Assembly: GCA_030656555.1 (NCBI GenBank)
Contig: JAUSPN010000040.1
Coordinates: 375-64,374 of the forward strand
Length of the DNA: 64,000 nt
Direction: 5' to 3'
Source of the DNA: Candidatus Desulfaltia sp.
GTDB lineage: Bacteria > Desulfobacterota > Desulfobacteria > Desulfobacterales > ETH-SRB1
In this document: piece after piece, positions 1 to 8,875 of the stretch
Position numbering within the stretch: the first letter of the stretch is position 1
How the letters are laid out: each line of letters begins with the position of its first letter
Program-made: the position numbers and the translations under genes
The notes under the pieces: model-generated
What the model saw: only the letters and a program-made list of their open reading frames with translations
Told to the model about the DNA's origin: nothing
The model's database searches: none

Positions 1-1
1 T

Positions 2-175
2 TTTATTCGTTTGACTGTACAGTTTTTTAATGACCACATACCCCATTATGGCGTGCTGATCATTCCTTATACAATTCCAGGTGATCAATTTCCCCGTATC
101 GCCGATAAACTTGTTAACTACGCTCATAAGCACCCTGAAGGAATGATGCCTTATACTGTTGATTTTCTGTCTTAA
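2..175 (+). CDS. 3' end of a gene entering from the left edge; possibly a DUF5615/PIN-like protein
   Basis: Open frame from base 2 (FIRLTVQFFNDHIPHYGVLIIPYTIPGDQF...YTVDFLS) to TAA at 173-175. Not in the ORF track. The family call is recollection of the 'H-x-G-(I/V)-L-I' PIN-like C-terminus. Confidence 0.35.
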   Translation, partial: FIRLTVQFFNDHIPHYGVLIIPYTIPGDQFPRIADKLVNYAHKHPEGMMPYTVDFLS

Positions 176-1899
176 CTCCTCCCAAACATTTTCTCAACTT
201 CTCCTTTGCTCCACTTTATCCAAGTGGGCCTGCCGTGCGGGCAGTTGGACGGGTTCTCGCACTGGTCAAGCTGATTGAGAAGCGTCTTTATCTCTGTGTC
301 TGTAAGAGCCTGATTTGCCCTGATCGCTCCGTGACAGGCCATTGTAATCAGGCATTTGTCAATACCCTTTTCCATGTCCGGCCCAAAACCTGTTTTTGCA
401 ATTTTTTCCACCATCTCGATAATAAGCGGCCTTATCTCCCTGCCTGCAAGAATAGCCGGCGCAGACTTTATCGCAAATGTATTGTTGCCGAACGGCTCTA
501 TTTCAAGGCCGAGCCTTAAAAACTCCGGGATCATCTTTTCAAGTATTTCTGCCTCCCTGTAACCCAGATCAACTGTTTCAGGAATAAGCAGGCTCTGATC
601 AGGGCTTTTTGAGCCTTTATACCGGCTTTTCAGTTGTTCATACAAAACCCGTTCATGGGCTGCATGCTGATCAATAAGCACAAGCTCATGATCCGACTCA
701 CAGATAATATATGTATTATAAAATCGGCCTATTATTTTTAAATCTGCGAAACAGGTTTTTTTATCCCAGAGCTGGTCCTGAATTTGAAGCGGGGAATGCG
801 CTCGCTTTTGCGGTTCAAACTTTTTGTAAGCAATGGCAGGTTCTGAAACAGAAAAATCATTATGCGTTTCAGCTGGTTTCCATTTATCCGTTTCAGCCCA
901 TTTATGTGTTTCAAGTTGACGAAGCGCCGTTGACACAGCATCTTTTACAGCTTCATGGACCTCCTTCTGCCTGGCAAATCTGACCTCCTGTTTTGCGGGA
1001 TGAACATTTACATCCACCTGTTCAAAAGGAACATAAACAAAAAGAACGGCCACGGGAAACCGCCCCTTCATCAATCTTTGCCCGTATCCTTCAGACAGGG
1101 CATGCTGAATGACCCTGTCACGCACAAACCTTTTATTTACATATATATAGATTCCGCGGGAGGTGCTGCGGAAAATTTTTGGAGATGATATCCAGCCTGC
1201 AATTGAAACAAATTTTTCATTAAATTGAAGTTTGCAAAAATCACTTTTCAAACCGGTTCCTGTGACATCCATTACCCTGTCAAACGGATCAGATGCCGGG
1301 AGCCAGCTTTTTACAATTTTCCGGTTGTGATAAAGCCTGAATCCGGCGTTCGGGTTTCCCAGCGCAATGCTTGAAATAATATCGGCAATATGGCCCATCT
1401 CCGTGGAGGCGCTTTTTAAAAACTTGCGCCTGGCCGGAATGTTATAAAAAAGCTGGCTGACGGTTACCATTGTGCCTTGAGGAGCCCCTGTTTGAGAGAC
1501 CTTTTTAATTCTGCCGCCTTCAACGATTATTTCAGCAGCAATCTCAGAAGCTTGATCCTTTGTAACAAGAGAAAATCTGGAAACAGAAGCAATGCTTGGA
1601 AGAGCTTCTCCCCTGAAACCGAGGGTCTTAATGGAAAACAGATCGTCATCCTTATATATTTTGCTGGTTGCATACCGCTCCAGGGCAAGCATGGCATCAT
1701 CTCCGTTCATGCCAATACCGTTATCCGACACACGTATCAGGGATTTTCCACCGTTTTCGACTTCGATTATGATGCGGCCTGCATGTGCATCAAGAGCGTT
1801 TTCAACAAGCTCCTTGACAACCGAACATGGCCGCTCCACAACCTCGCCCGCAGCTATCTTGTTGGAAAGATTCTCGGGAAGTATTCTTATCTTTGGCAT
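172..1899 (-). CDS. mutL: DNA mismatch repair protein MutL
   Basis: KIAAGEVVERP, GFRGEALPSI, DVNVHP, DQHAAHER and CPHGRP motifs. Confidence 0.98.
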   Translation of the reverse strand: MPKIRILPENLSNKIAAGEVVERPCSVVKELVENALDAHAGRIIIEVENGGKSLIRVSDNGIGMNGDDAMLALERYATSKIYKDDDLFSIKTLGFRGEALPSIASVSRFSLVTKDQASEIAAEIIVEGGRIKKVSQTGAPQGTMVTVSQLFYNIPARRKFLKSASTEMGHIADIISSIALGNPNAGFRLYHNRKIVKSWLPASDPFDRVMDVTGTGLKSDFCKLQFNEKFVSIAGWISSPKIFRSTSRGIYIYVNKRFVRDRVIQHALSEGYGQRLMKGRFPVAVLFVYVPFEQVDVNVHPAKQEVRFARQKEVHEAVKDAVSTALRQLETHKWAETDKWKPAETHNDFSVSEPAIAYKKFEPQKRAHSPLQIQDQLWDKKTCFADLKIIGRFYNTYIICESDHELVLIDQHAAHERVLYEQLKSRYKGSKSPDQSLLIPETVDLGYREAEILEKMIPEFLRLGLEIEPFGNNTFAIKSAPAILAGREIRPLIIEMVEKIAKTGFGPDMEKGIDKCLITMACHGAIRANQALTDTEIKTLLNQLDQCENPSNCPHGRPTWIKWSKGEVEKMFGRS

Positions 1900-1916
1900 G
1901 ATATTATCAACTTTTT

Positions 1917-1952
1917 ATTCACCGCAAAGCCGCAAAGAGCGCAGAGATTAAG
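1917..1952 (+). repeat. Solo terminal arm of the CACCGCAGAGCCGCAGAG repeat family
   Basis: ATTCACCGCAAAGCCGCAAAGAGCGCAGAGATTAAG, near-identical to 5195-5230. Confidence 0.85.
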
Positions 1953-1963
1953 AGTTTTTTTAT

Positions 1964-2137
1964 TCAATTTTCAGAAACAAAGCGGGATAAAAATTCCGCA
2001 TCCTTGGGAGACAGGTTGAATTTCAGACAGGCATCGGCTGTAAGCTGCTTTAAATCTTTTACATGCTCATGTTTACGTTTTTCTGAAATCCACTTTACCG
2101 CCTTTCTCAAATCTTCGCCTTTTGGTTGAACGCCCAT
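1964..2137 (-). CDS. 57-aa small hypothetical protein missed by the ORF track
   Basis: AAAGGAG RBS, ATG at 2137, TGA at 1964-1966; MGVQPKGEDLRKAVKWISEKRKHEHVKDLKQLTADACLKFNLSPKDAEFLSRFVSEN. Confidence 0.75.
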   Translation of the reverse strand: MGVQPKGEDLRKAVKWISEKRKHEHVKDLKQLTADACLKFNLSPKDAEFLSRFVSEN

Positions 2138-2223
2138 GAAACACTCCTTTTGTTATGGATTTTACCACAAAGAGCTTTGTAAAAACATCCCCTTTTGCCT
2201 ATATTGAATCTTTCTATTATATT

Positions 2224-2290
2224 TTTCGTGTTTTCGTACCTTCGTGATTTCGTGATAGTTTTTTATCTATTTCTTTGTGTCCTTCGTGGT
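2224..2290 (-). repeat. CCACGAAG/CACGAAA-type short repeat cluster
   Basis: Repeated TTCGTG units; the reverse complement starts CCACGAAGGACACAAAG, like 4367-4388. Confidence 0.6.
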
Positions 2291-2301
2291 TTAATATGTT
2301 T

Positions 2302-3762
2302 TTATATTTCCGGTTTTTTCTTATGAAAATCCGTGGCCTGCTCAAAATTATAAGCAGCCGTTAACATCTTTTTTTCTTCAAAATGCCTGCCCATCAGTTG
2401 AAGCCCGATCGGAAGGCCTGCGGATGAAAAACCGCATGGAACCGATATCCCTGGTATTCCGGCAAGGTTGGCTGAAATCGTAAATATGTCGGATAAATAC
2501 ATTGTAAGGGGATCATCGACCTTATCTCCTATTTTGAAAGCAGGGGTCGGCGCCACAGGAGACAGTATCAGGTCGCATGATTTAAATACATTTTTAAAAT
2601 CCTCCATGATCAGTGTCCGCACCTGGGAAGCCTTTTTGTAATATGCATCGTAATATCCGGCGGAAAGGGAGTATGTGCCAAGTATAATTCTTCTCTGAAC
2701 CTCTGCACCGAACCCTTTTGTTCTTGTAGATCTGTACATATCGATCAGGCTGTTTTTCTCTTTGTCTCTAAAACCATACTTTACGCCGTCGTACCTTGCA
2801 AGGTTCGAGCTTGCCTCTGAAGGGGCTATAACATAATAAACTGCAACGGCATATTTTGTGTGAGGCAATGTAATTTCAATGCATTTTGCTCCAAGAGCCT
2901 CAACCACTTTGACGGCATTTTTAATTGCGCCGGAAACCTCGGGATCGAGCCCTTTTGTCTCGTTATATTCCTTTGGAATGCCGATAGTCGTCCCGCTTAA
3001 ACCCTTATTTGAAAAGGATGTATAATCCGGCACAGCTTCAGGCACTGAAGTGGAATCTGCCGGGTCGTAACCTGCAATAACATTCATAAGCATGGCGCAA
3101 TCTAAAACATCCTTTGCAAGCGGACCGATCTGATCAAGCGAGGATGCAAAAGCAATAAGACCGAATCGTGAAACCCTTCCATACGTGGGTTTCATCCCGA
3201 CAACTCCGCAATGAGAGGCGGGCTGGCGTATCGACCCGCCGGTATCGGAACCAAGTGAGCCAAGGCACATATCGGCTGCGACTGCCGCGGCTGATCCACC
3301 GCTTGACCCACCCGGAATACAGGTTAAGTCCCATGGATTGCGGGTTATTTTCACGGCTGAATTTTCCGTGGATGATCCCATGGCAAATTCATCCATGTTT
3401 GTCTTTCCGACAATCACGGCCCCGGCCTTTTTAAGCTTTTTTATGACAAAGGCATCGTATTGGGGCGTAAAGTTATCAAGTATCCTTGATGCGCAGGTTG
3501 TGCGCAGCCCCTTTGTACAGATAAGATCCTTTACAGAAAGAGGGATCCCTGACAGAGGCAAAATATTACCTTTAGATATTTCTTTATCTGTAAGCTCAGC
3601 CTGCTTTACCGCTGTTTCAGCGTCAATTGTAATATATGCCTCTACCTTTTTCTCAACAGATTCGATCCGGTCAAGAACAGCTCTGGTCAGCTCCTGCGAA
3701 GATATATCCCTTTTCTTTAAAAGACCGCAGGCTTCATGTATTGTAAGTTCATGCAGTTTCAT
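2302..3762 (-). CDS. gatA: Asp-tRNA(Asn)/Glu-tRNA(Gln) amidotransferase subunit A
   Basis: Amidase signature [32 protein letters not shown]; start placed at ATG 3762 (MKLHEL). Confidence 0.97.
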   Translation of the reverse strand: MKLHELTIHEACGLLKKRDISSQELTRAVLDRIESVEKKVEAYITIDAETAVKQAELTDKEISKGNILPLSGIPLSVKDLICTKGLRTTCASRILDNFTPQYDAFVIKKLKKAGAVIVGKTNMDEFAMGSSTENSAVKITRNPWDLTCIPGGSSGGSAAAVAADMCLGSLGSDTGGSIRQPASHCGVVGMKPTYGRVSRFGLIAFASSLDQIGPLAKDVLDCAMLMNVIAGYDPADSTSVPEAVPDYTSFSNKGLSGTTIGIPKEYNETKGLDPEVSGAIKNAVKVVEALGAKCIEITLPHTKYAVAVYYVIAPSEASSNLARYDGVKYGFRDKEKNSLIDMYRSTRTKGFGAEVQRRIILGTYSLSAGYYDAYYKKASQVRTLIMEDFKNVFKSCDLILSPVAPTPAFKIGDKVDDPLTMYLSDIFTISANLAGIPGISVPCGFSSAGLPIGLQLMGRHFEEKKMLTAAYNFEQATDFHKKKPEI

Positions 3763-3799
3763 ATTTTCTACCATCTACTCGGACAAGCCAGTTTTTTTT

Positions 3800-3982
3800 A
3801 TTCACCGCAGAGCCGCAGAGGACGCTGAGAAATTTATTCTTTTAAATTGTCGTGAGAGGCGACAATTTAAAAACCAACCTGTCTAATGACAATCTTAATA
3901 ATGCGTTTCTTTTTGTTTTCCGTCCTCTCAACGGAAAACAAAAAAACTCTTAATCTTTGCGTTCTCTGCGGCTCTGCGGTGA
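3800..3982. mobile_element. Gene-less palindromic element with the same ends as the GxxExxY cassette
   Basis: Inverted arms TCACCGCAGAGCCGCAGAGGACGC / GCGTTCTCTGCGGCTCTGCGGTGA, each followed inward by a hairpin with a TGAGAGG loop (3841-3871; 3910-3944 inverted). Mobility is inferred. Confidence 0.7.
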
Positions 3983-3994
3983 GATATAAATTTT

Positions 3995-4285
3995 TTACGC
4001 GTTTATCACTTTTGGAACTATAAAATTTCCGCCTTCCTTTTCAGGAGCATTTGCAAGGGCTTTATCTGCGCCAATAGATTCTTTTACCTCGTCTTCCCTG
4101 AAAGCATTGGACAGAAAAACAGCATGAGAAGTCGGGGTGATGCCCTTGGTGTCAACACTGTTTAGAGTATCGACATATTCGAGTATATCGCCTATCTGTT
4201 CCGCAAGCCTGTTAATAGAGTTTTCATCCAAATCAAGACGGGCAAGATCCGCCGTGTAAACAACTTCGTCTTTGGTTATTTTCAT
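3995..4285 (-). CDS. gatC: Amidotransferase subunit C
   Basis: MKITKDEVVYTADLARL...REDEV...NAPEKEGGNFIVPKVI; directly upstream of gatA. Confidence 0.96.
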   Translation of the reverse strand: MKITKDEVVYTADLARLDLDENSINRLAEQIGDILEYVDTLNSVDTKGITPTSHAVFLSNAFREDEVKESIGADKALANAPEKEGGNFIVPKVINA

Positions 4286-4313
4286 GATAAAATTTATCCT
4301 TTTTGCAATCATT

Positions 4314-4388
4314 AACCACTGAGATCACAGAGGACACAGAGGATTATTTATAAAAATTTTTTATTTTACCACGAAGAACACGAAGAAT
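4314..4388 (+). repeat. ACCACAGAG / ACCACGAAG-type short repeats
   Basis: AACCACTGAGATCACAGAGGACACAGAGG and TTACCACGAAGAACACGAAGAA. Confidence 0.6.
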
Positions 4389-4562
4389 AAAAATTAATCA
4401 TCGCAATTCCTGCGGATTACAATCCAATATCAAGAACGTAGCCGTCAAGCTAAAAGGATATTAACATCGACGTTCAAAAGAATTTTTACTCTGCCGCTCA
4501 ACATTCTCTTATCATAAATATTTTATTTCTTAATCTTACAACCATGCCATTAGGAGAGGGAA

Positions 4563-5189
4563 TCATTCTTCAACAACTATCGGTCTGTATTTATCCTTTT
4601 TCAGCTTTTCTAAAGTGTCGGCGGCATCTGATCTGTTTTTAAAATGCCCTATCCTGATCCTGTGCCAGGCGCCCGTATCGGGTATTTTCGCTGAAACCGT
4701 ATATGCCTGATATCCTTTTTTCTTTAACATTTCCGCCATCTCGACGGCAACCTTCATGTCTTTTAAAGACGCAACCTGAATCGTAAAACCAGCGTCTGCC
4801 GCGGCCTTAGTCTGTTTACTGTTTGAAGCAGACTTTTCGACCTCTTGCTCCGGCCTGGTTTTTGCGTTTTTAACTTCATGCCGCACGATCGGCCCGGTCT
4901 CTTTCAACGCCTCATAAAAGCCAAGCTCCATTTTAGCGCTTGCAGGGCCCCCGTCGGTTTTAAACCTCTCCCGCCCCTCTTTAACAACAGCCTCTTTCAA
5001 GGCAGCCAGCTCCTTTTGAAGGTTCTCAATATCAAACTTTACCGGAACCGTCCCCCTTCCCACAAAGATACCGAGTACAAACATCCATGCGGAAACAAAG
5101 AATATCACACAGATCCATGTCATTGTTCCTTTTCTGCCGGTCCCTGTCGAAGGTTTTATTATCTTTGATGCCTTATCGCTATTTTTCAT
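4563..5189 (-). CDS. SPOR-domain cell division/peptidoglycan-binding membrane protein
   Basis: N-terminal TM helix; C-terminal FTIQVAS...WHRIRIGHF SPOR domain; downstream of argS. Confidence 0.88.
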   Translation of the reverse strand: MKNSDKASKIIKPSTGTGRKGTMTWICVIFFVSAWMFVLGIFVGRGTVPVKFDIENLQKELAALKEAVVKEGRERFKTDGGPASAKMELGFYEALKETGPIVRHEVKNAKTRPEQEVEKSASNSKQTKAAADAGFTIQVASLKDMKVAVEMAEMLKKKGYQAYTVSAKIPDTGAWHRIRIGHFKNRSDAADTLEKLKKDKYRPIVVEE

Positions 5190-5288
5190 CTGTTATTCAC
5201 CGCAAAGCCGCAAAGGACGCTGAGATTAAGTTTTTTATTGTTTTCCGTTGAGAGGACGGAAAACAATAAGAGCTATCTGAAAAGTGGA

Positions 5289-5672
5289 TTACTCGTCTAA
5301 TTCGTTCACTATTCTTACTATGCCATCCCGCATAAGGGCTACATTGAAATTCAGGATCAAACCTAAATGAAGCCCTGACAATTTAAGATACGTCAAAAGT
5401 TGTGCCTTATGAATGGGCTCAACCTTATCGCATGACTTTAATTCAAGTATGATTTCGTCTTCAACAACTATATCCAGCCTATAGCCACAATCCAGTTTCT
5501 TGTTTTTATACATTACAGGTAAAGACTTCTGTCTTTCAAACTCCAAACCTATGAGACTCAGTTCATGACATAAGCATTCTTCATATATAGACTCCAGCAA
5601 ACCAGGGCCCAAGGTTTTATGTACCTCAATAGCAGCACCTATAATCTTACTGCTTAATTTATTGATATCCAT
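5289..5672 (-). CDS. GxxExxY protein (PD-(D/E)XK nuclease fold)
   Basis: GPGLLESIYEECL, YRLDIVVE, ILELK, QLLTYLK, GLILNF; start placed at ATG 5672 because the upstream extension runs into a repeat insert. Confidence 0.93.
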   Translation of the reverse strand: MDINKLSSKIIGAAIEVHKTLGPGLLESIYEECLCHELSLIGLEFERQKSLPVMYKNKKLDCGYRLDIVVEDEIILELKSCDKVEPIHKAQLLTYLKLSGLHLGLILNFNVALMRDGIVRIVNELDE

Positions 5673-5686
5673 CACGATCCAATCGT

Positions 5687-5805
5687 TTGAACTGAACAGC
5701 GAGCGCATTCCCCGCTGCTTGCGGCGGGGTTAGCGAGCGAATCAAAAAATTGACAGAATTCCTTACAGTCGAAGATTCCCCGCTGCTTGCGGCGGGGAGC
5801 TTCAA
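5687..5805. repeat. 119-bp insert with twin GC hairpins and TTGAA/TTCAA ends
   Basis: CCCCGCTGCTTGCGGCGGGG at 5710-5729 and again at 5778-5797. Confidence 0.8.
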
Positions 5806-5914
5806 TGCCCTGAAAGCGTTAGTTTTTTCCTTTCTGTCCTCTCAACAGAAAGGAAAATCTATCTTCCCTTTGCGTTCTCTGCGGCTCTGCGGTAAACAAT
5901 GGTATCAGGCTTAG

Positions 5915-7579
5915 CTACATCTTTTCAGGCGCAGACACGCCGAGAAGGGTGAGCCCGTTTTTAATGACCTTTTTTACGGCCACAACAAGATATAGCCGCG
6001 CACCGGTCAACAATTGATCGTCTGTTAACACCCTGTGTTTATTATAATAGGTATGAAAAGAGGATGCAAGATTCATAAGATAAAATGTTATGCGATGAGG
6101 TTCCATAAACTCGGCGCTTAATCTTACCGTCTCCGGATAGCTGCCTAAGCTTTTAATCAGATTAATCTCCTCAGGCTCTTTCAGTATGGAGACTGCCTTC
6201 TCATCCCAGCCTGTCTCCTTTATTCCTTTTTCACGCCCCTTTCTTATAATGCTCGATATCCTGGCATGAACATATTGAACATAAAAAACAGGGTTTTCGT
6301 TTGTCTTTTTCTTTGCAAGTTCCAAATCAAAATCAAGCGGGCTTTCATGATGACGTGTCAAAAAAATAAACCTTGCAGCATCAGATCCCACTTCACTTAT
6401 TACATCAGCAAGGGTAATAAATTCACCTGCCCTTGTTGACATGGCAACAGGCTGTCCACCCCGCAGTAGATTTACAAGCTGAACCAGTATTACATCAAAC
6501 CGGTCTTTGCTGTATCCGGCCGCCTCTATAGAAGCTTTTATACGCGGGATATAGCCGTGATGATCCGCTCCCCATATATCTATTATACGCTCAAACCCGC
6601 GATCGAACTTGTCTTTGTGGTATGCAATATCAGATGCAAAATATGTTGTCTGGCCGTTATTGCGTACAACCACCCTGTCCTTTTCATCTCCAAAGTCTTT
6701 TGTTCTAAACCAGTGCGCCCCGTCCTTTTCATATATAATATTCCGGCTGCGAAAATCATTTAAAACGTTATCAACCTTGCCTGAGTCATAAAGGCTCTGT
6801 TCGCTGAACCAGTTGTCAAATTCCACACCAAAGGATTTAAGATCATCCCTGATACCTGCAATAATATTTTTTGCGGCAAATTGCGCGCAATAATGCACTG
6901 CCTCTTCCTCCTTTTGATCAAGAAGGGTGCGCCCTTTATCCTCTTTTATCAGCCCTGCCAGATCCCGTATATAATCTCCCTGATAACAGTCATCCGGAAA
7001 GTCTATGTTTTCTCCAAATAGCTGCCTGTATCTGAGAAAAACAGATCGCCCCAGGGTATTTATCTGCCTGCCTGAGTCGTTTATATAATACTCTTTTTCA
7101 ACATCATATCCGCAAAAAAGCAAAATGTTTGCCATAGCATCCCCGACCGCTGCCCCGCGTCCATGCCCCACATGCAGCGGCCCGGTTGGATTTGAGCTTA
7201 CAAACTCCACCTGAATTTTACTTCCCTTTCCGATATCTGATGAGCCGTACATGTCACCTTCTTCATGAATCCTGGGCAAAACAGGATGCCAGGCCAGGTT
7301 GTTTATGAAAAAATTAATAAAGCCGGGCACTGCTATCTCTGTTTTTGAGATTATTCCTTTTGGATCGTCGATGTTTTTGATTATCGCCTCTGCAATCCTT
7401 TTTGGCTGCATCTTCTGAACCGATGCCATAACCATGGCAATATTGGTTGAAAAATCACCTTGAGACTCAATCCTTGGCGTATCCACCTCGACATCCGGGA
7501 ATTCAGACGACGGCAGATCCCCTTTTTCATGGGCATTTAACGCTGCTTTAAGTATCAAATTTTTTATCTTTTGTTTCAT
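5915..7579 (-). CDS. argS: Arginyl-tRNA synthetase
   Basis: [18 protein letters not shown] (HIGH), [23 protein letters not shown]. Confidence 0.98.
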   Translation of the reverse strand: MKQKIKNLILKAALNAHEKGDLPSSEFPDVEVDTPRIESQGDFSTNIAMVMASVQKMQPKRIAEAIIKNIDDPKGIISKTEIAVPGFINFFINNLAWHPVLPRIHEEGDMYGSSDIGKGSKIQVEFVSSNPTGPLHVGHGRGAAVGDAMANILLFCGYDVEKEYYINDSGRQINTLGRSVFLRYRQLFGENIDFPDDCYQGDYIRDLAGLIKEDKGRTLLDQKEEEAVHYCAQFAAKNIIAGIRDDLKSFGVEFDNWFSEQSLYDSGKVDNVLNDFRSRNIIYEKDGAHWFRTKDFGDEKDRVVVRNNGQTTYFASDIAYHKDKFDRGFERIIDIWGADHHGYIPRIKASIEAAGYSKDRFDVILVQLVNLLRGGQPVAMSTRAGEFITLADVISEVGSDAARFIFLTRHHESPLDFDLELAKKKTNENPVFYVQYVHARISSIIRKGREKGIKETGWDEKAVSILKEPEEINLIKSLGSYPETVRLSAEFMEPHRITFYLMNLASSFHTYYNKHRVLTDDQLLTGARLYLVVAVKKVIKNGLTLLGVSAPEKM

Positions 7580-7624
7580 TTTGTTATAAATTCCAATCTA
7601 TTATAGTAAGAACCTGCTCAAAAC

Positions 7625-7666
7625 TGATGAACTCGTAAAAAGTCTAAAAATCACTTTTTGCGAACA
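7625..7666. repeat. Degenerate copy of the TGATGAATTCGTAAAAAGT inverted-repeat family
   Basis: TGATGAACTCGTAAAAAGT-CTAAAAATC-ACTTTTTGCGAACAT. Confidence 0.7.
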
Positions 7667-7740
7667 TGTAAGCTGTAACCAGAATTCATCTCCAAGTCAA
7701 GAAGCTTTGCCCAGCCTGACTCACGAGCTGCAATTTAACA

Positions 7741-7768
7741 TTGACATGCTTTCCCTCTTAATTATAAA
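7741..7768 (+). promoter_or_regulatory. Candidate sigma-70 promoter of the Ni/Co operon
   Basis: TTGACA (7741) - 16 nt - TATAAA (7763). Confidence 0.5.
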
Positions 7769-7832
7769 ACCAAATATAATTTACGGGCTGAAGCCTGTTG
7801 CATATTTAAGAAATCAATAAAATTCAGTAAAT

Positions 7833-7889
7833 AAAGCCACGAAGGTATTATGTGTCAGGAAGACACTTAATTTCTCGTGGTTTTTTTTT
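7833..7889 (+). promoter_or_regulatory. Leader hairpin plus U-tract (attenuator-like) ahead of the Ni/Co operon RBS
   Basis: AAAGCCACGA/TCGTGGTTTT outer stem, inner GTGTC-AGGAA-GACAC hairpin, T9 at 7881-7889. Confidence 0.5.
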
Positions 7890-7907
7890 GCAATGATGGA
7901 GGTAATT

Positions 7908-8678
7908 ATGAAAAAAGGAACTATTTTGGTTTTGATTCTTTGCTTTACTTTTTTTACAGCCGTGCCTGCGTTTGCACATTTCGGGATGCTGATCCCGTCA
8001 GATTCCATGGTCATGCAGAATGATAACAGAACCGTAAGCTTAAAGCTTTCCTTTTCCCATCCTTTTGAAGTGGTGGGGATGGAGATGGTTAAGCCAAAAG
8101 TATTTTCAGTTATGGCAAACAGCGCAAAAGAAGATCTGCTTGGAAACCTGAAAAAGATAAAGGTCATGGAGCATAGCGCATGGCAGGTTGACTACTCGAT
8201 TAAGAGACCCGGAATATACATGTTTTACATGGAGCCCAAACCTTACTGGGAACCGTCGGAAGACTGTTTTATCGTGCATTATACAAAAACGGTTGTCGCT
8301 GCTTTCGGGGATGACGAAGGATGGGATGAGGAAATCGGCCTTAAAACCGAAATAGTTCCACTGTCAAAACCATTTGGATTGTATGCTGGAAATGTTTTCC
8401 AGGGAATTGTCAAACTCGACGGCAAGGCTGTTCCATATGCTGACGTGGAAATAGAATACTACAACCAGGACGGAAAGTTAAAAGCCCCGACCGACTACAT
8501 GGTAACCCAGGCCATCAAGGCGGATCAAAACGGAGTGTTTACATACGCTGCGCCAAAGGCCGGCTGGTGGGGTTTTTCCGCTCTTAATCCATCGGACAAA
8601 AAAATGAACTACAACGGCAAGGAAAAGGATGTCGAGCTTGGAGCGGTTATATGGGTTGAATTTCATGATATGGATTGA
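7908..8678 (+). CDS. DUF4198-family periplasmic protein (Ni/Co uptake component)
   Basis: Signal peptide ending [11 protein letters not shown]; [15 protein letters not shown]; GWWGFSAL; GGAGG RBS before ATG 7908; heads the cbiM/Q/O operon. Confidence 0.85.
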   Translation: MKKGTILVLILCFTFFTAVPAFAHFGMLIPSDSMVMQNDNRTVSLKLSFSHPFEVVGMEMVKPKVFSVMANSAKEDLLGNLKKIKVMEHSAWQVDYSIKRPGIYMFYMEPKPYWEPSEDCFIVHYTKTVVAAFGDDEGWDEEIGLKTEIVPLSKPFGLYAGNVFQGIVKLDGKAVPYADVEIEYYNQDGKLKAPTDYMVTQAIKADQNGVFTYAAPKAGWWGFSALNPSDKKMNYNGKEKDVELGAVIWVEFHDMD

Positions 8679-8703
8679 GGAATTGAGGAATTGAGGGATT
8701 AAG
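8675..8703 (+). repeat. Heptamer tandem repeat (ATTGAGG)n
   Basis: attgaggaattgaggaattgagggattaagg overlapping the stop codon. Confidence 0.75.
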
Positions 8704-8724
8704 GAAAACCCATGGTTCTGAGCA

Positions 8725-8809
8725 GTCATTGCGAGAAGTGAGGAACGAACGACGAAGCAATCCCCTTGTTTTCGTGAGATTGCTTCGGTCGTACCTCCCT
8801 CGCAATGAC
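8725..8809. repeat. REP-like nested palindrome
   Basis: GTCATTGCGAG/CTCGCAATGAC outer IR and GAAGCAATC/GATTGCTTC inner IR. Confidence 0.85.
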
Positions 8810-8875
8810 AGAAAAACTGTAATTCAGAGACTTTTCGTTCAGGCACTATATAACTATATAATTGGAGCTTTTAAT

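Larger units (their letters stand above)
5195..5894. mobile_element. GxxExxY cassette bounded by inverted palindromic arms
   Basis: Arms at 5195-5269 and 5825-5894 (terminal CACCGCAGAGCC-type motif plus TGAGAGG-loop hairpin) enclose the nuclease gene between argS and the SPOR gene. Confidence 0.65.

Noticed and set aside
2302-4285. gatCA without gatB
   Set aside because: A split gat operon is common; gatB is probably elsewhere. Not evidence of loss.
3800-5894. Repeats as a CRISPR array
   Set aside because: Copies are inverted, irregularly spaced and divergent; no repeat-spacer periodicity and no cas genes
7580-7900. Cobalamin riboswitch or NikR box upstream of cbiM
   Set aside because: No recognisable B12-box core or convincing NikR palindrome; only the hairpin/U-tract is reported
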